A DNA stretch of 20,621 nt from a virus. Lineage: Duplodnaviria > Heunggongvirae > Uroviricota > Caudoviricetes. This document shows positions 9,981 to 17,344 of the stretch, piece after piece. How positions within the stretch are numbered: position 1 is the first letter of the stretch; each line of letters begins with the position of its first letter. The stretch lies in IMG/VR virus record IMGVR_UViG_3300047557_002576. One strand, 5' to 3'. A program made the translations under genes and the position numbers. The notes beneath the pieces are model-generated. The model had not been told where the DNA came from and made no database searches. It saw nothing but the letters and a program-made list of their open reading frames with translations.

Positions 9981-12900
9981 AAACTCTCATAATAAAGGCA
10001 AGAGCATAGTATGGAGGTCTATTTTCATGGTAATTATCACCACCAGTATTTCCAGTAAGTGTAGTAAATCCATCAGCACCATCTCTACCACCTCCACTTG
10101 ATGTAGGTCTTGATGGTCCTGCAGTATTATCTAAGTGATTGTGAGAGGGCATTTCTGCAATTGTTAACTGGTGGGCAACTGACCCACCAGTGTTTCCGGG
10201 TGCATATGAACCACTTACTGCACCAGTAACAGCATTAAATGTAACTCCTGTGGATGCATCACTAGTGGCACCAACAACAAATCTACTTCTCAAGTCTGGA
10301 ATATTGCGTCCATTGATAGGTACACCATTATTTCCATCACACAATACCCAATTACTTAATGCTGGATTTGTAGAAAGTTCTGCAATGGTCCCAGACCACA
10401 TAACAATTCCACCTACAGGAATTACTCCATTCCCAACAAAAGTGGTAGCAGTGGCAACTCCAGAAACAACAACACCAGAAGAATTTGTGTCAAAATTGGA
10501 AGAATTTATTTCACCAGTTACATTACCGGTTACATTACCAGTAAGATTACCAGTTACATCGCCAGTTACATTGCCAGTTACGTTACCAGTTACGTTACCA
10601 GCAATATTTCCACTTATACTTCCAGTTACATTTAAATTTCCACTTACTGTTGCAATTCCAGAAGTTGCCCTAATAATTTGATTATAAGTTCCACTAGAAT
10701 TTTTTAAATTAATTACTAATGATCCACTATTGGTAGTATTGAAAATTCCAAAAATACCATCAGATCCACCATTACTACCTAAATCTCCTTCACCAATTCC
10801 AGTTGTATTGATGTTTAATGCATCAACGAATGCAGTTCCAAATACATTTAAGTTTTTACCAATACCAACTCCACCAGAAACAATTAAGTCTCCAGTAGTT
10901 GCTGAAGATGAATCATTACCCTCGGTAATTCTTACCTGTTTATTAAATACTGCCTTATCTTTAACTCTTACTGTTTTATTAAAGTTTACTGGACCGTTAA
11001 ATTGAGAAAGAACGGCGTTTGATTTACCACCCTCAACAAGAAGTCTCTCTTTGACAGTAACTTCATCAAATACAACACTCAATTTACTTGGATCTTCTCC
11101 AGTTACAGTTGGATTTGGAATATCAAAAGAAATAGTTTCTCCACTTACTGATGATGTTTTTGTGTTACCACTGAAGAAATCTCCATTGTTATTCATTCCA
11201 GTATAAACTACTGTTCCACAAGAACGTTCTTGTGATTGTGACAAGAAGTTTTCTTCGTCACTTAATGTCTTTACTTGAACCTGTGGTAATGCCGTTGAAT
11301 AGTTTCCTGGTCCATATCCAAGATATTCAAATGTTTGACCAGACGCTCTTATGATTGATGGTCTTCTAAATTCAATTGCAACTGGATGAATTTTGCGAAT
11401 AACGGAATTCGCATCATGTCTTTCTTGAACTGTTCCAAACACACCGCGAATTACAGTTGCAGATGAGTTGTTGTTACTACTTACAACTCTCATAATCTCA
11501 TTATCAATTTGAATATAAGATCCAAGAGGAAGTCTCTGTGCAGTTCCAATTCCAACTCCACTAATGTTAATAGTGGTTCCTGTTGTAATTGCAGACGTTA
11601 ATCTAAATGTCTCATTATCATAGAATGGAGTATTGCGAATTCCAAAATTTTCTTCTCTTGCATCTGAAATTGCTTCATTTGAAGATAATCCATGTTTTAA
11701 TATAAATCCATTTGTTACAGGTAGTAAATCATCAGTGATTGCAGTAAAAGATGTTGGACTAATTCTTTCATCAACAATATAATCACCTTGATTAATGTTA
11801 GTTGAATCTAAAACACGGAAGCGATTTCCTGCAAGAAGACCATGTGATGATGTAGTTGTAAATGTTGTAATTTTTGTTGTAGAATTATAACTTGGAGTTC
11901 CACTGATTCTAACTGATGGTCCAACAACAAAAGCATACTGCCCAGCAAAAATTGTCTCACCAGATGTTTTTGCAAGTGCAACCGTTGTTGAAGAAGGAAC
12001 TGAAGTGATACGGTAGTATTGGTCAGTTATGGTTCCAACACCTGTAATTTGAACAACATCTCCAATATTTGTTGAAATTCCTGCTGTCGTAATTGTATAT
12101 CTCGCTGCTCCATTACCTGCACCGATTCTTGTCTGATCAAAATATAATGATTCTGCACTATATCCAGAACCAGGAGAATTGAGGTTTACTGAAGAAACTG
12201 ATCCACCACTTACAACAACAGTTGCTGTAGCACCATTCCAAGTTCCAGTTTGAGATCCATTGAGTAATTTTACATTATAATAAGTACCATTAGTATAAGA
12301 TGCTCCACCGGTTATTGTTCCTGTTACGATTCCAGATAGACCGTGGAATCTTGAAAAACTGATTGTTGCAATACCAGTTGTTGAGGTAACAGATGAGATA
12401 GTAAGACCAATTCCAAGTGTCTTGATTGCAAGATCTGCAGTTTCTCTTGTAATGCTCTTTTTAAGATCATTTGTTACAACACCACCAATTGGAAAACGCT
12501 TAGCAAATGTTTTTGCTGCTGGTGGATTTGATTCAATATTATCACGATCTAATTGTGGATATAAATCTGCAGGAAGTTGTCCATACTTAAAGTCAGTAAA
12601 TTCCGTTGGAACTGCATTATTTGCATTTAAGACATACAGATGGTAAATTCCATCCTGCTGATTGTAAATATATGGAGAAATTACTTCATTTCTATAAACA
12701 AATAGATTTGATTGGCAATCATTTCGCTCAAATCTTGGAAGATTTTGATCTCTAGTTGAAGTTGTATTTGTAAACGTTCCTGGAGTGTGAACTACTCCCG
12801 AAACATCAGTTGTTGCATATTGGAAAGTAAATGTATCGGGGATATTTGTTACTCTAAATCTACCATTGTAACCTTCATTATCAGTTCCATTTGTATTTGT

Positions 12901-15549
12901 AGAACTCTTTACATTTTTAATGATAATAATGTCATTAACTTGAAGATTGTGTGGAAGTTCTGCAAGTACTGTTACTGTATTAGAACTTACCGAGCACGTA
13001 GAAATAAATCTTCTATTCTTATTGTACTCATAATCTTGATTTGTTAGAGTTGTTCTTGTAAATTCTGAACTATTTCCAACTCCTGTTGTACTACTTTCTT
13101 GAATTACAAATCCTGCCTCTGGATTTTTTCCATTTGCAAGTTCTTTTGGGATAACAACTCTAAATTTATAAAGTTTTTCATCAAGACTTCTATCATCAAC
13201 TAATCTCTTAACATATGCAAGATCTGTTGATTCTGTAAATGCAGCGACTCCACCTGATACCAATGCATTATAAATTGCATTATTAGCGTTTACATGAATA
13301 AACCAATTATTATTTCCAGCATCATATTGAATTGGTGATCCAAGTTCTCCTGCTACTTTATCTGAAACACGACTTAAAATGTGGAGATTTGTTCCGCCAT
13401 AAACAGTGATTGCTTCTCCCTGAGTTGCATTTGTGAAAGATGATGCAAGTTTAATTGCATTTGCACCATCTTTAATGACATAATAAGTTCTGTGTGGATC
13501 AATATTTTCTGGCAAATCCCCATCGTCACTTATAATCTTAACTTTTTCACCAGTTAATAAATTATTTGATCCAATTGTAAATGAATTTGATGATGGCCCA
13601 GAAGTCACATCATATGACTTAACTGAACTCGTAGTTCCAAGTGCTGTAGTAAGACCAGTTTTACTGATCTCATTATCACACATGTAAATGGAAGCACTAT
13701 ACGTTGTTCCGCTATTGGTAACATATAGTGTATCATTTAATCTTGCACCAATTCGATATCCTTGTGTAACTTCAGTCGGTGCAGCATCCGATGCAGTGAA
13801 TCCATAAAGATATAAATGACTTGAAATTCCAGCATTTATTGTCTTCTGAACGTCAAGTGATAACCATTCAATATTTTCTTCTTCAGCAACAATTGCTCTT
13901 GGAGGAATAATAGAAGTAATAAATGCGTTATTGTCCTTATCAAATGATTCTTGTTTGAATCCAGATGAGTTCAGAGAAATTTGACCAAAGTTTGAATTAG
14001 AGTTTGCAATTGAAGCATCACCACCAGACTCTACATCAAAATGTTTGGTATATCCGATTGCGAAAACTGAAACAACCTGAATAAATGCGTCATTTGAAAT
14101 CTTGATGTGACTTGTTTCCCATCCATTTCTGTAAATAGCATCAGGATCTAAATGATAAACTTGTGAGGATGATGTTGCAGATGCTCCTGAAGCAAGACCT
14201 GATCCATAAACAGTGGTGTAATCTACAACTTGATATGTTCTTGACTGCTTATCATATTTTGCAAAAGCACGATCATCTTTTTGTAGTGAAACTCCAGTAA
14301 ATTGAGCAACAACCATGCTCTTAAATCCTGATGCTTTACTACCATCAGCATACATTCCGTTCATACCCCAAACTGAACGGAGTGAAATATTAAAGATATA
14401 TGGAGAAGCACCTGAAACAGTATCAGTTTCTATTGTTACCGTAGCATTTGCTGCACTTGGACTTGCATTTATATTTGGATATGATGCGATTGATGGTAAA
14501 ACGTATGTGAATGATGTTGATGATAGTACGTTTTGAACGGTGGTTGAAATATTGTATGGAAATACAACACCACTTCCACTAACTCCTTTGATTTTAATCG
14601 GAGTTCCTACGTTTAGATTATGAGGATCTGATGTTGTTACTGTGATGATACTTGTAGCAGCAGATCCGTTTCCGGAAATAATTGATTCAATTTGGAGAGG
14701 ATCTGAGGCAAATGCACCAACAATTTCCCACTCTGGACGTTGCTTTGCAAATCCTTCAGATTCTGCTGGGAATTTTTGATCAATATTACGATAAGCATTA
14801 TATGCATTTGAGACCTTACTGTAATACATGTCAAGGTCAGTGAGTCCAAAAGACCCAATTTTATTAACACCGTCACAGTATTCAAAACAAGTTAACTTAT
14901 GATGTGAAAACAGTGGGGTTGACTGATATGCTATTGCGGCATTGTCTGGATTTGTATAGACTAATCCACTTGCGTCAGCATCAAAGAAAGAAAATTGCCA
15001 AAAATAGCAAGCACCAGTGATTCTGAAAATAGCAGAATTTGGTACTGAAGGATCTGTTGGATTTGGAACGTATTTTGGTCTAATCTTAGTCTTACGGAGA
15101 TCTAAACCTACAATTGAAGTTCCTCTTGGAACTACAATACCTCCATAATAACTATTGAATTTGTAAAGAATATTATCGTCCTGGGTTAAATCAAATACTG
15201 AACTTAGTCCTAATGAAAATGTCGTCGCAGCAAATGTTTCAGCACCTGATCTAGACACTGCTTTAGCGGTGCCATTATCATCTTTAATCGCCCATCCAGG
15301 TCTATTATCAATTAAGTGTTCGCCTGGAAATAGAAGAATTGTAGTTTTTTCAGTTAAATCGTTATTATTTCCTTTTACGTATGAGAATCTCGATGCTTCT
15401 AAAAGTGCTCTCTGAATTGTTTTAAAAGGTTGTGTAAGAGAGTTACCTTGATTTGTAATCGCATCGGTCGCATCAAGATCATTTGGATTTACATATAAAA
15501 TACGACCTTCAATATTCTTAATAAAATTATCCAGCTTATTAAGAGTCAT
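9976..15549 (-). CDS. Long tail-fibre/virion structural protein, 1857 aa, with N-terminal beta-helix-like region and C-terminal tail-collar plus gp12-like tip
   Basis: N-terminal LYVNPND..GNS..PFKTIQRAL; repeated T..pH(G/N)L..G modules; (GNVT)n linker; C-terminal IPVGGIVMWSG..WVLCDG..IPDLRSRFVVGA collar and EMPSHNH..HENRPPYYALAFIM tip. Confidence 0.85.
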   Translation of the reverse strand: MTLNKLDNFIKNIEGRILYVNPNDLDATDAITNQGNSLTQPFKTIQRALLEASRFSYVKGNNNDLTEKTTILLFPGEHLIDNRPGWAIKDDNGTAKAVSRSGAETFAATTFSLGLSSVFDLTQDDNILYKFNSYYGGIVVPRGTSIVGLDLRKTKIRPKYVPNPTDPSVPNSAIFRITGACYFWQFSFFDADASGLVYTNPDNAAIAYQSTPLFSHHKLTCFEYCDGVNKIGSFGLTDLDMYYSKVSNAYNAYRNIDQKFPAESEGFAKQRPEWEIVGAFASDPLQIESIISGNGSAATSIITVTTSDPHNLNVGTPIKIKGVSGSGVVFPYNISTTVQNVLSSTSFTYVLPSIASYPNINASPSAANATVTIETDTVSGASPYIFNISLRSVWGMNGMYADGSKASGFKSMVVAQFTGVSLQKDDRAFAKYDKQSRTYQVVDYTTVYGSGLASGASATSSSQVYHLDPDAIYRNGWETSHIKISNDAFIQVVSVFAIGYTKHFDVESGGDASIANSNSNFGQISLNSSGFKQESFDKDNNAFITSIIPPRAIVAEEENIEWLSLDVQKTINAGISSHLYLYGFTASDAAPTEVTQGYRIGARLNDTLYVTNSGTTYSASIYMCDNEISKTGLTTALGTTSSVKSYDVTSGPSSNSFTIGSNNLLTGEKVKIISDDGDLPENIDPHRTYYVIKDGANAIKLASSFTNATQGEAITVYGGTNLHILSRVSDKVAGELGSPIQYDAGNNNWFIHVNANNAIYNALVSGGVAAFTESTDLAYVKRLVDDRSLDEKLYKFRVVIPKELANGKNPEAGFVIQESSTTGVGNSSEFTRTTLTNQDYEYNKNRRFISTCSVSSNTVTVLAELPHNLQVNDIIIIKNVKSSTNTNGTDNEGYNGRFRVTNIPDTFTFQYATTDVSGVVHTPGTFTNTTSTRDQNLPRFERNDCQSNLFVYRNEVISPYIYNQQDGIYHLYVLNANNAVPTEFTDFKYGQLPADLYPQLDRDNIESNPPAAKTFAKRFPIGGVVTNDLKKSITRETADLAIKTLGIGLTISSVTSTTGIATISFSRFHGLSGIVTGTITGGASYTNGTYYNVKLLNGSQTGTWNGATATVVVSGGSVSSVNLNSPGSGYSAESLYFDQTRIGAGNGAARYTITTAGISTNIGDVVQITGVGTITDQYYRITSVPSSTTVALAKTSGETIFAGQYAFVVGPSVRISGTPSYNSTTKITTFTTTSSHGLLAGNRFRVLDSTNINQGDYIVDERISPTSFTAITDDLLPVTNGFILKHGLSSNEAISDAREENFGIRNTPFYDNETFRLTSAITTGTTINISGVGIGTAQRLPLGSYIQIDNEIMRVVSSNNNSSATVIRGVFGTVQERHDANSVIRKIHPVAIEFRRPSIIRASGQTFEYLGYGPGNYSTALPQVQVKTLSDEENFLSQSQERSCGTVVYTGMNNNGDFFSGNTKTSSVSGETISFDIPNPTVTGEDPSKLSVVFDEVTVKERLLVEGGKSNAVLSQFNGPVNFNKTVRVKDKAVFNKQVRITEGNDSSSATTGDLIVSGGVGIGKNLNVFGTAFVDALNINTTGIGEGDLGSNGGSDGIFGIFNTTNSGSLVINLKNSSGTYNQIIRATSGIATVSGNLNVTGSISGNIAGNVTGNVTGNVTGDVTGNLTGNVTGNVTGEINSSNFDTNSSGVVVSGVATATTFVGNGVIPVGGIVMWSGTIAELSTNPALSNWVLCDGNNGVPINGRNIPDLRSRFVVGATSDASTGVTFNAVTGAVSGSYAPGNTGGSVAHQLTIAEMPSHNHLDNTAGPSRPTSSGGGRDGADGFTTLTGNTGGDNYHENRPPYYALAFIMRVS
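10514..10633. repeat. Ten degenerate 12-bp tandem units (consensus CCAGTTACATTA) encoding a G-N-V-T tetrapeptide repeat
   Basis: Units start at 10514, 10526, 10538 and so on to 10622; they translate on the minus strand to ..GNIAGNVTGNVTGNVTGDVTGNLTGNVTGNVTG. Confidence 0.9.
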
Positions 15550-15578
15550 TTTTCTATTTTTGAGTTCTCATTATCTTC

Positions 15579-15586
15579 TATTTATG
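15579..15586 (-). promoter_or_regulatory. T4-type late promoter (CATAAATA)
   Basis: NATAAATA overlapping the TAA at 15582-15584, 30 nt upstream of the ATG at 15549. Confidence 0.7.
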
Positions 15587-15887
15587 AACTCAAATCTTCT
15601 TCATCAAATTCGGGAATATCCTCTGGAAGATCTTCTGGATTTTCTAAATCCACTATAAACAAGAGAGGATGTACTTCTTCATCTATGAGATAGAATGAAG
15701 ATTTGTAGAGGTCTTCTGGGTCATATCTAAGTTGTTGGTCCGCAAGTTTGATTAATTCTAGATCTTGTAAGTGTTCCTCCTCCTTTATTTCATCAAATGT
15801 AAATGGCGTACCGTTGATAAAGTACATGAGAACAATTTGAGATCCTCTATTGTACCAACAATACGCCTTTGTAATTCTATAAGACAT
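15582..15887 (-). CDS. Acidic hypothetical phage protein, 101 aa
   Basis: Clean ORF with its own late promoter at 15907-15914 and protein-like composition. Confidence 0.8.
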   Translation of the reverse strand: MSYRITKAYCWYNRGSQIVLMYFINGTPFTFDEIKEEEHLQDLELIKLADQQLRYDPEDLYKSSFYLIDEEVHPLLFIVDLENPEDLPEDIPEFDEEDLSS

Positions 15888-15909
15888 TTAGACTGTGCCG
15901 TTGTCTTAT
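15879..15909 (-). promoter_or_regulatory. 8-bp inverted repeat pairing the start-codon region with the late-promoter end
   Basis: ATAAGACA (15909-15902) / TGTCTTAT (15886-15879) with a 15-nt loop. The 3' arm contains the TG of the ATG at 15887. Confidence 0.5.
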
Positions 15910-15914
15910 TTATT
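15907..15914 (-). promoter_or_regulatory. T4-type late promoter (AATAAATA)
   Basis: NATAAATA between tRNA-Leu and the ATG at 15887. Confidence 0.65.
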
Positions 15915-15920
15915 TTTTAA

Positions 15921-16004
15921 TGTCACCTGCGGGACTCGAACCCGCAAGGGCTTCCGCCCGACGAATTTTAAGTTCGTTTCGTAGACCAATTCCGACAAGG
16001 TGAC
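15921..16004 (-). tRNA. trnL: tRNA-Leu(UAA), CCA not encoded
   Basis: Acceptor GTCACCT/AGGTGAC, A73, D-loop GGAATTGGT, anticodon arm ACGAA-CT TAA AA-TTCGT, long variable arm GGGC-GGAA-GCCC, T-arm GCGGG-TTCGAGT-CCCGC. Confidence 0.97.
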
Positions 16005-16013
16005 GATAAGACT

Positions 16014-16042
16014 ATTATAACTCAAAGAATTATAATAGTCAA
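16014..16042 (-). promoter_or_regulatory. sigma70-type promoter for tRNA-Leu
   Basis: TTGACT (16042-16037), 17-nt spacer, TATAAT (16019-16014). Confidence 0.85.
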
Positions 16043-16665
16043 GTGGTGCTGGGCAAATAGTATTTTGAAATAAACCTATTAACTTGGGTCCTTGAAACCC
16101 CCCAGTCATTAGCAATTTTAGTCCTTATTCCCCATTTTGTCAAGTCAACTCCTTTTAAGTATTCAATTCTATTTTTATATTGTTCTTTAAATGTATCCAT
16201 ATATTCATCCCAACTTCTACCATACTTTTTACTTTTTTTCTTTTTAACTTTTCCCTTTACCCAACCATCAGGTAATGTGTCTATTTTTAATATTCTTTTA
16301 TTTTGTACCCCATTATTAATCCACATAGATTGGGACATATATTTTCCCGCTTTTTTCCCACCCTTTGACGATGCTTTTCTTTTTTCTTCTTTTGTTAGGG
16401 AAAACAATCCAGTTCCTTTCTCATAACATTTTTTTCCAGCAATACTCATAATCTCTTTAATAATTTCTTCTTTTGATATTTGAGATGATAATCCTTTATA
16501 TGCGATATAATCTTCTTTATTATTCCATAAACGCCAATTACAATAGTGAAACATAGTATGACAAGTTCTAGATATTGTAACTAAATTATCAAAATCATCT
16601 GTCCCTCCCATATATCTTGGAAGAATATGATGCTTATCAAATAACCCTTCTTTTTTACAACTCAT
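16039..16665 (-). CDS. HNH homing-type endonuclease, 208 aa
   Basis: N-terminal KHHILPRYMGGTDDFDNLVTISRTCHTMFH HNH motif, basic linker, WINNG..K.I...PDGW.KG module, and C-terminal HTH-like KIANDWGVSRTQVNRFI. Free-standing between tRNA genes. Confidence 0.88.
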   Translation of the reverse strand: MSCKKEGLFDKHHILPRYMGGTDDFDNLVTISRTCHTMFHYCNWRLWNNKEDYIAYKGLSSQISKEEIIKEIMSIAGKKCYEKGTGLFSLTKEEKRKASSKGGKKAGKYMSQSMWINNGVQNKRILKIDTLPDGWVKGKVKKKKSKKYGRSWDEYMDTFKEQYKNRIEYLKGVDLTKWGIRTKIANDWGVSRTQVNRFISKYYLPSTT

Positions 16666-16671
16666 ACTTAT

Positions 16672-16688
16672 AATGGGACAGTCCCATT
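16672..16688. promoter_or_regulatory. 17-bp palindrome AATGGGAC-N-GTCCCATT between the late promoter and the HNH start
   Basis: Perfect 8-bp inverted repeat with a 1-nt spacer. It abuts TATAAATA and ends 6 nt before the ATG at 16665. Confidence 0.6.
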
Positions 16689-16696
16689 TATTTATA
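16689..16696 (-). promoter_or_regulatory. T4 late promoter TATAAATA for the HNH gene
   Basis: Exact T4 late consensus, 23 nt upstream of the ATG. Confidence 0.8.
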
Positions 16697-16712
16697 TGAG
16701 TTTTATTTAAAA

Positions 16713-16783
16713 TAGGCGGACGGGGAATTGAACCCCGAATGAGCCCTTATAAGGAGCCTCTTTTACCATTAAAGTACCCGCCC
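16713..16783 (-). tRNA. trnI: tRNA-Ile(UAU), canonical cloverleaf, CCA not encoded
   Basis: GGGCGGG TA CTTT-AATGGTA-AAAG A GGCTC-CT TAT AA-GGGCT CATT CGGGG-TTCAATT-CCCCG TCCGCCT A. Carries C4-G69, U12-A23, C29-G41, A37, A38 and A73, the E. coli IleRS determinants. Confidence 0.93.
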
Positions 16784-16816
16784 ATTCGCTATTCGCAAAT
16801 AGAGAATAGCGAATAG
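16784..16816. repeat. Heptamer-based inverted repeat filling the spacer between the two UAU RNAs
   Basis: 11-bp perfect IR ATTCGCTATTC (16784-16794) / GAATAGCGAAT (16804-16814). On the minus strand it reads CTATTCG CTATTCT CTATTTG CGAATAG CGAAT. Confidence 0.85.
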
Positions 16817-16901
16817 TCGCCCAGGGTATCGAACCCTGCCAAAGGCCCTAATCTGGGGCAAAGGGATTATAAGTCCCCTCTGAACACCTGTTCTGACGAC
16901 C
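16814..16901 (-). tRNA. Atypical tRNA-like RNA with UAU anticodon, long variable region and minimal D-arm (amino-acid identity unknown)
   Basis: Acceptor GGTCGTC/GGCGACT plus A73; D-arm GAAC-AGGT-GTTC; extended anticodon stem GAGGGGA-CT TAT AA-TCCCTTT; 21-nt variable region; T-arm CAGGG-TTCGATA-CCCTG. Lies directly downstream of a perfect sigma70 promoter. Confidence 0.75.
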
Positions 16902-16918
16902 AATAAAAATCCAAATCA

Positions 16919-16947
16919 ATTATAGAGGATTTGGAACTCTTTGTCAA
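16919..16947 (-). promoter_or_regulatory. Perfect-consensus sigma70 promoter for the UAU RNA pair
   Basis: TTGACA (16947-16942), 17-nt spacer, TATAAT (16924-16919). Confidence 0.9.
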
Positions 16948-17126
16948 CAACCTTCTTCGTGATCCGTGTGTATTCGTATCAGGTCGTCAACTTCTTTATG
17001 TTCACCATAAGGAATTAACATAGCATTACCGTGTTCGCTCTTAATGAGGAAGGACTCGCCTCCCTCAACACGGTTCATAATAGCATAAAAGTCTGCTTGT
17101 AGTTCTTCAATCGTGAGTGTTTTCAT
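16944..17126 (-). CDS. Small Phd/YefM antitoxin-like protein, 60 aa
   Basis: MKTLTIEELQADFYAIMNRVEGGESFLIKSEHGNAMLIP follows the Phd/YefM N-terminal pattern (M+T+xxxE......++.RVE.GE.+.I...G....L+P), with an acidic C-terminal tail. Judged by eye. Confidence 0.6.
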   Translation of the reverse strand: MKTLTIEELQADFYAIMNRVEGGESFLIKSEHGNAMLIPYGEHKEVDDLIRIHTDHEEGC

Positions 17127-17127
17127 T

Positions 17128-17319
17128 TTAGAAAGGATTTGAATAAAATAGGAAATCTTCTTTAACTTGTGTCCTTACAACTTCAAGGACATTCATAAAT
17201 TGGTCTACGGTTTCACATTCTACCACCTTTTCAGTTCCTTCGCTAGAGTAAAGATAAAACTTACGAGCAAGTGTATCAACCACGCAACGGGTTAGGAACT
17301 CTTCGGTTTCAGCGGGCAT
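17128..17319 (-). CDS. Hypothetical early/middle phage protein, 63 aa
   Basis: ORF 25 nt downstream of a perfect sigma70 promoter; its stop is 1 nt from the next ATG. Confidence 0.8.
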   Translation of the reverse strand: MPAETEEFLTRCVVDTLARKFYLYSSEGTEKVVECETVDQFMNVLEVVRTQVKEDFLFYSNPF

Positions 17320-17344
17320 CAGGTCGTTTCGTGATTACCCAAGT

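Noticed and set aside
10190-10681. Plus-strand 163-aa ORF with PVT repeats
   Set aside because: Antisense shadow of the GNVT repeat and tip region of the 1857-aa gene; no promoter or RBS evidence.
15906-16115. 69-aa minus-strand ORF
   Set aside because: Overlaps tRNA-Leu, its promoter and the end of the HNH gene; spurious.
16784-16816. Hairpin as a rho-independent terminator or CRISPR repeat
   Set aside because: No U-tract follows on the minus strand, and there is only a single copy with no repeat-spacer array.
16814-16901. Calling the atypical RNA tRNA-Sec or an intron-containing tRNA
   Set aside because: The anticodon is UAU rather than UCA, the acceptor/T stems are 7/5 rather than 8/5, and the extra sequence lies in the variable region rather than the anticodon loop.
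17128-17319. 63-aa ORF as the cognate toxin of the Phd-like protein
   Set aside because: No RelE, VapC, Doc or MazF motifs are visible; adjacency is the only support.
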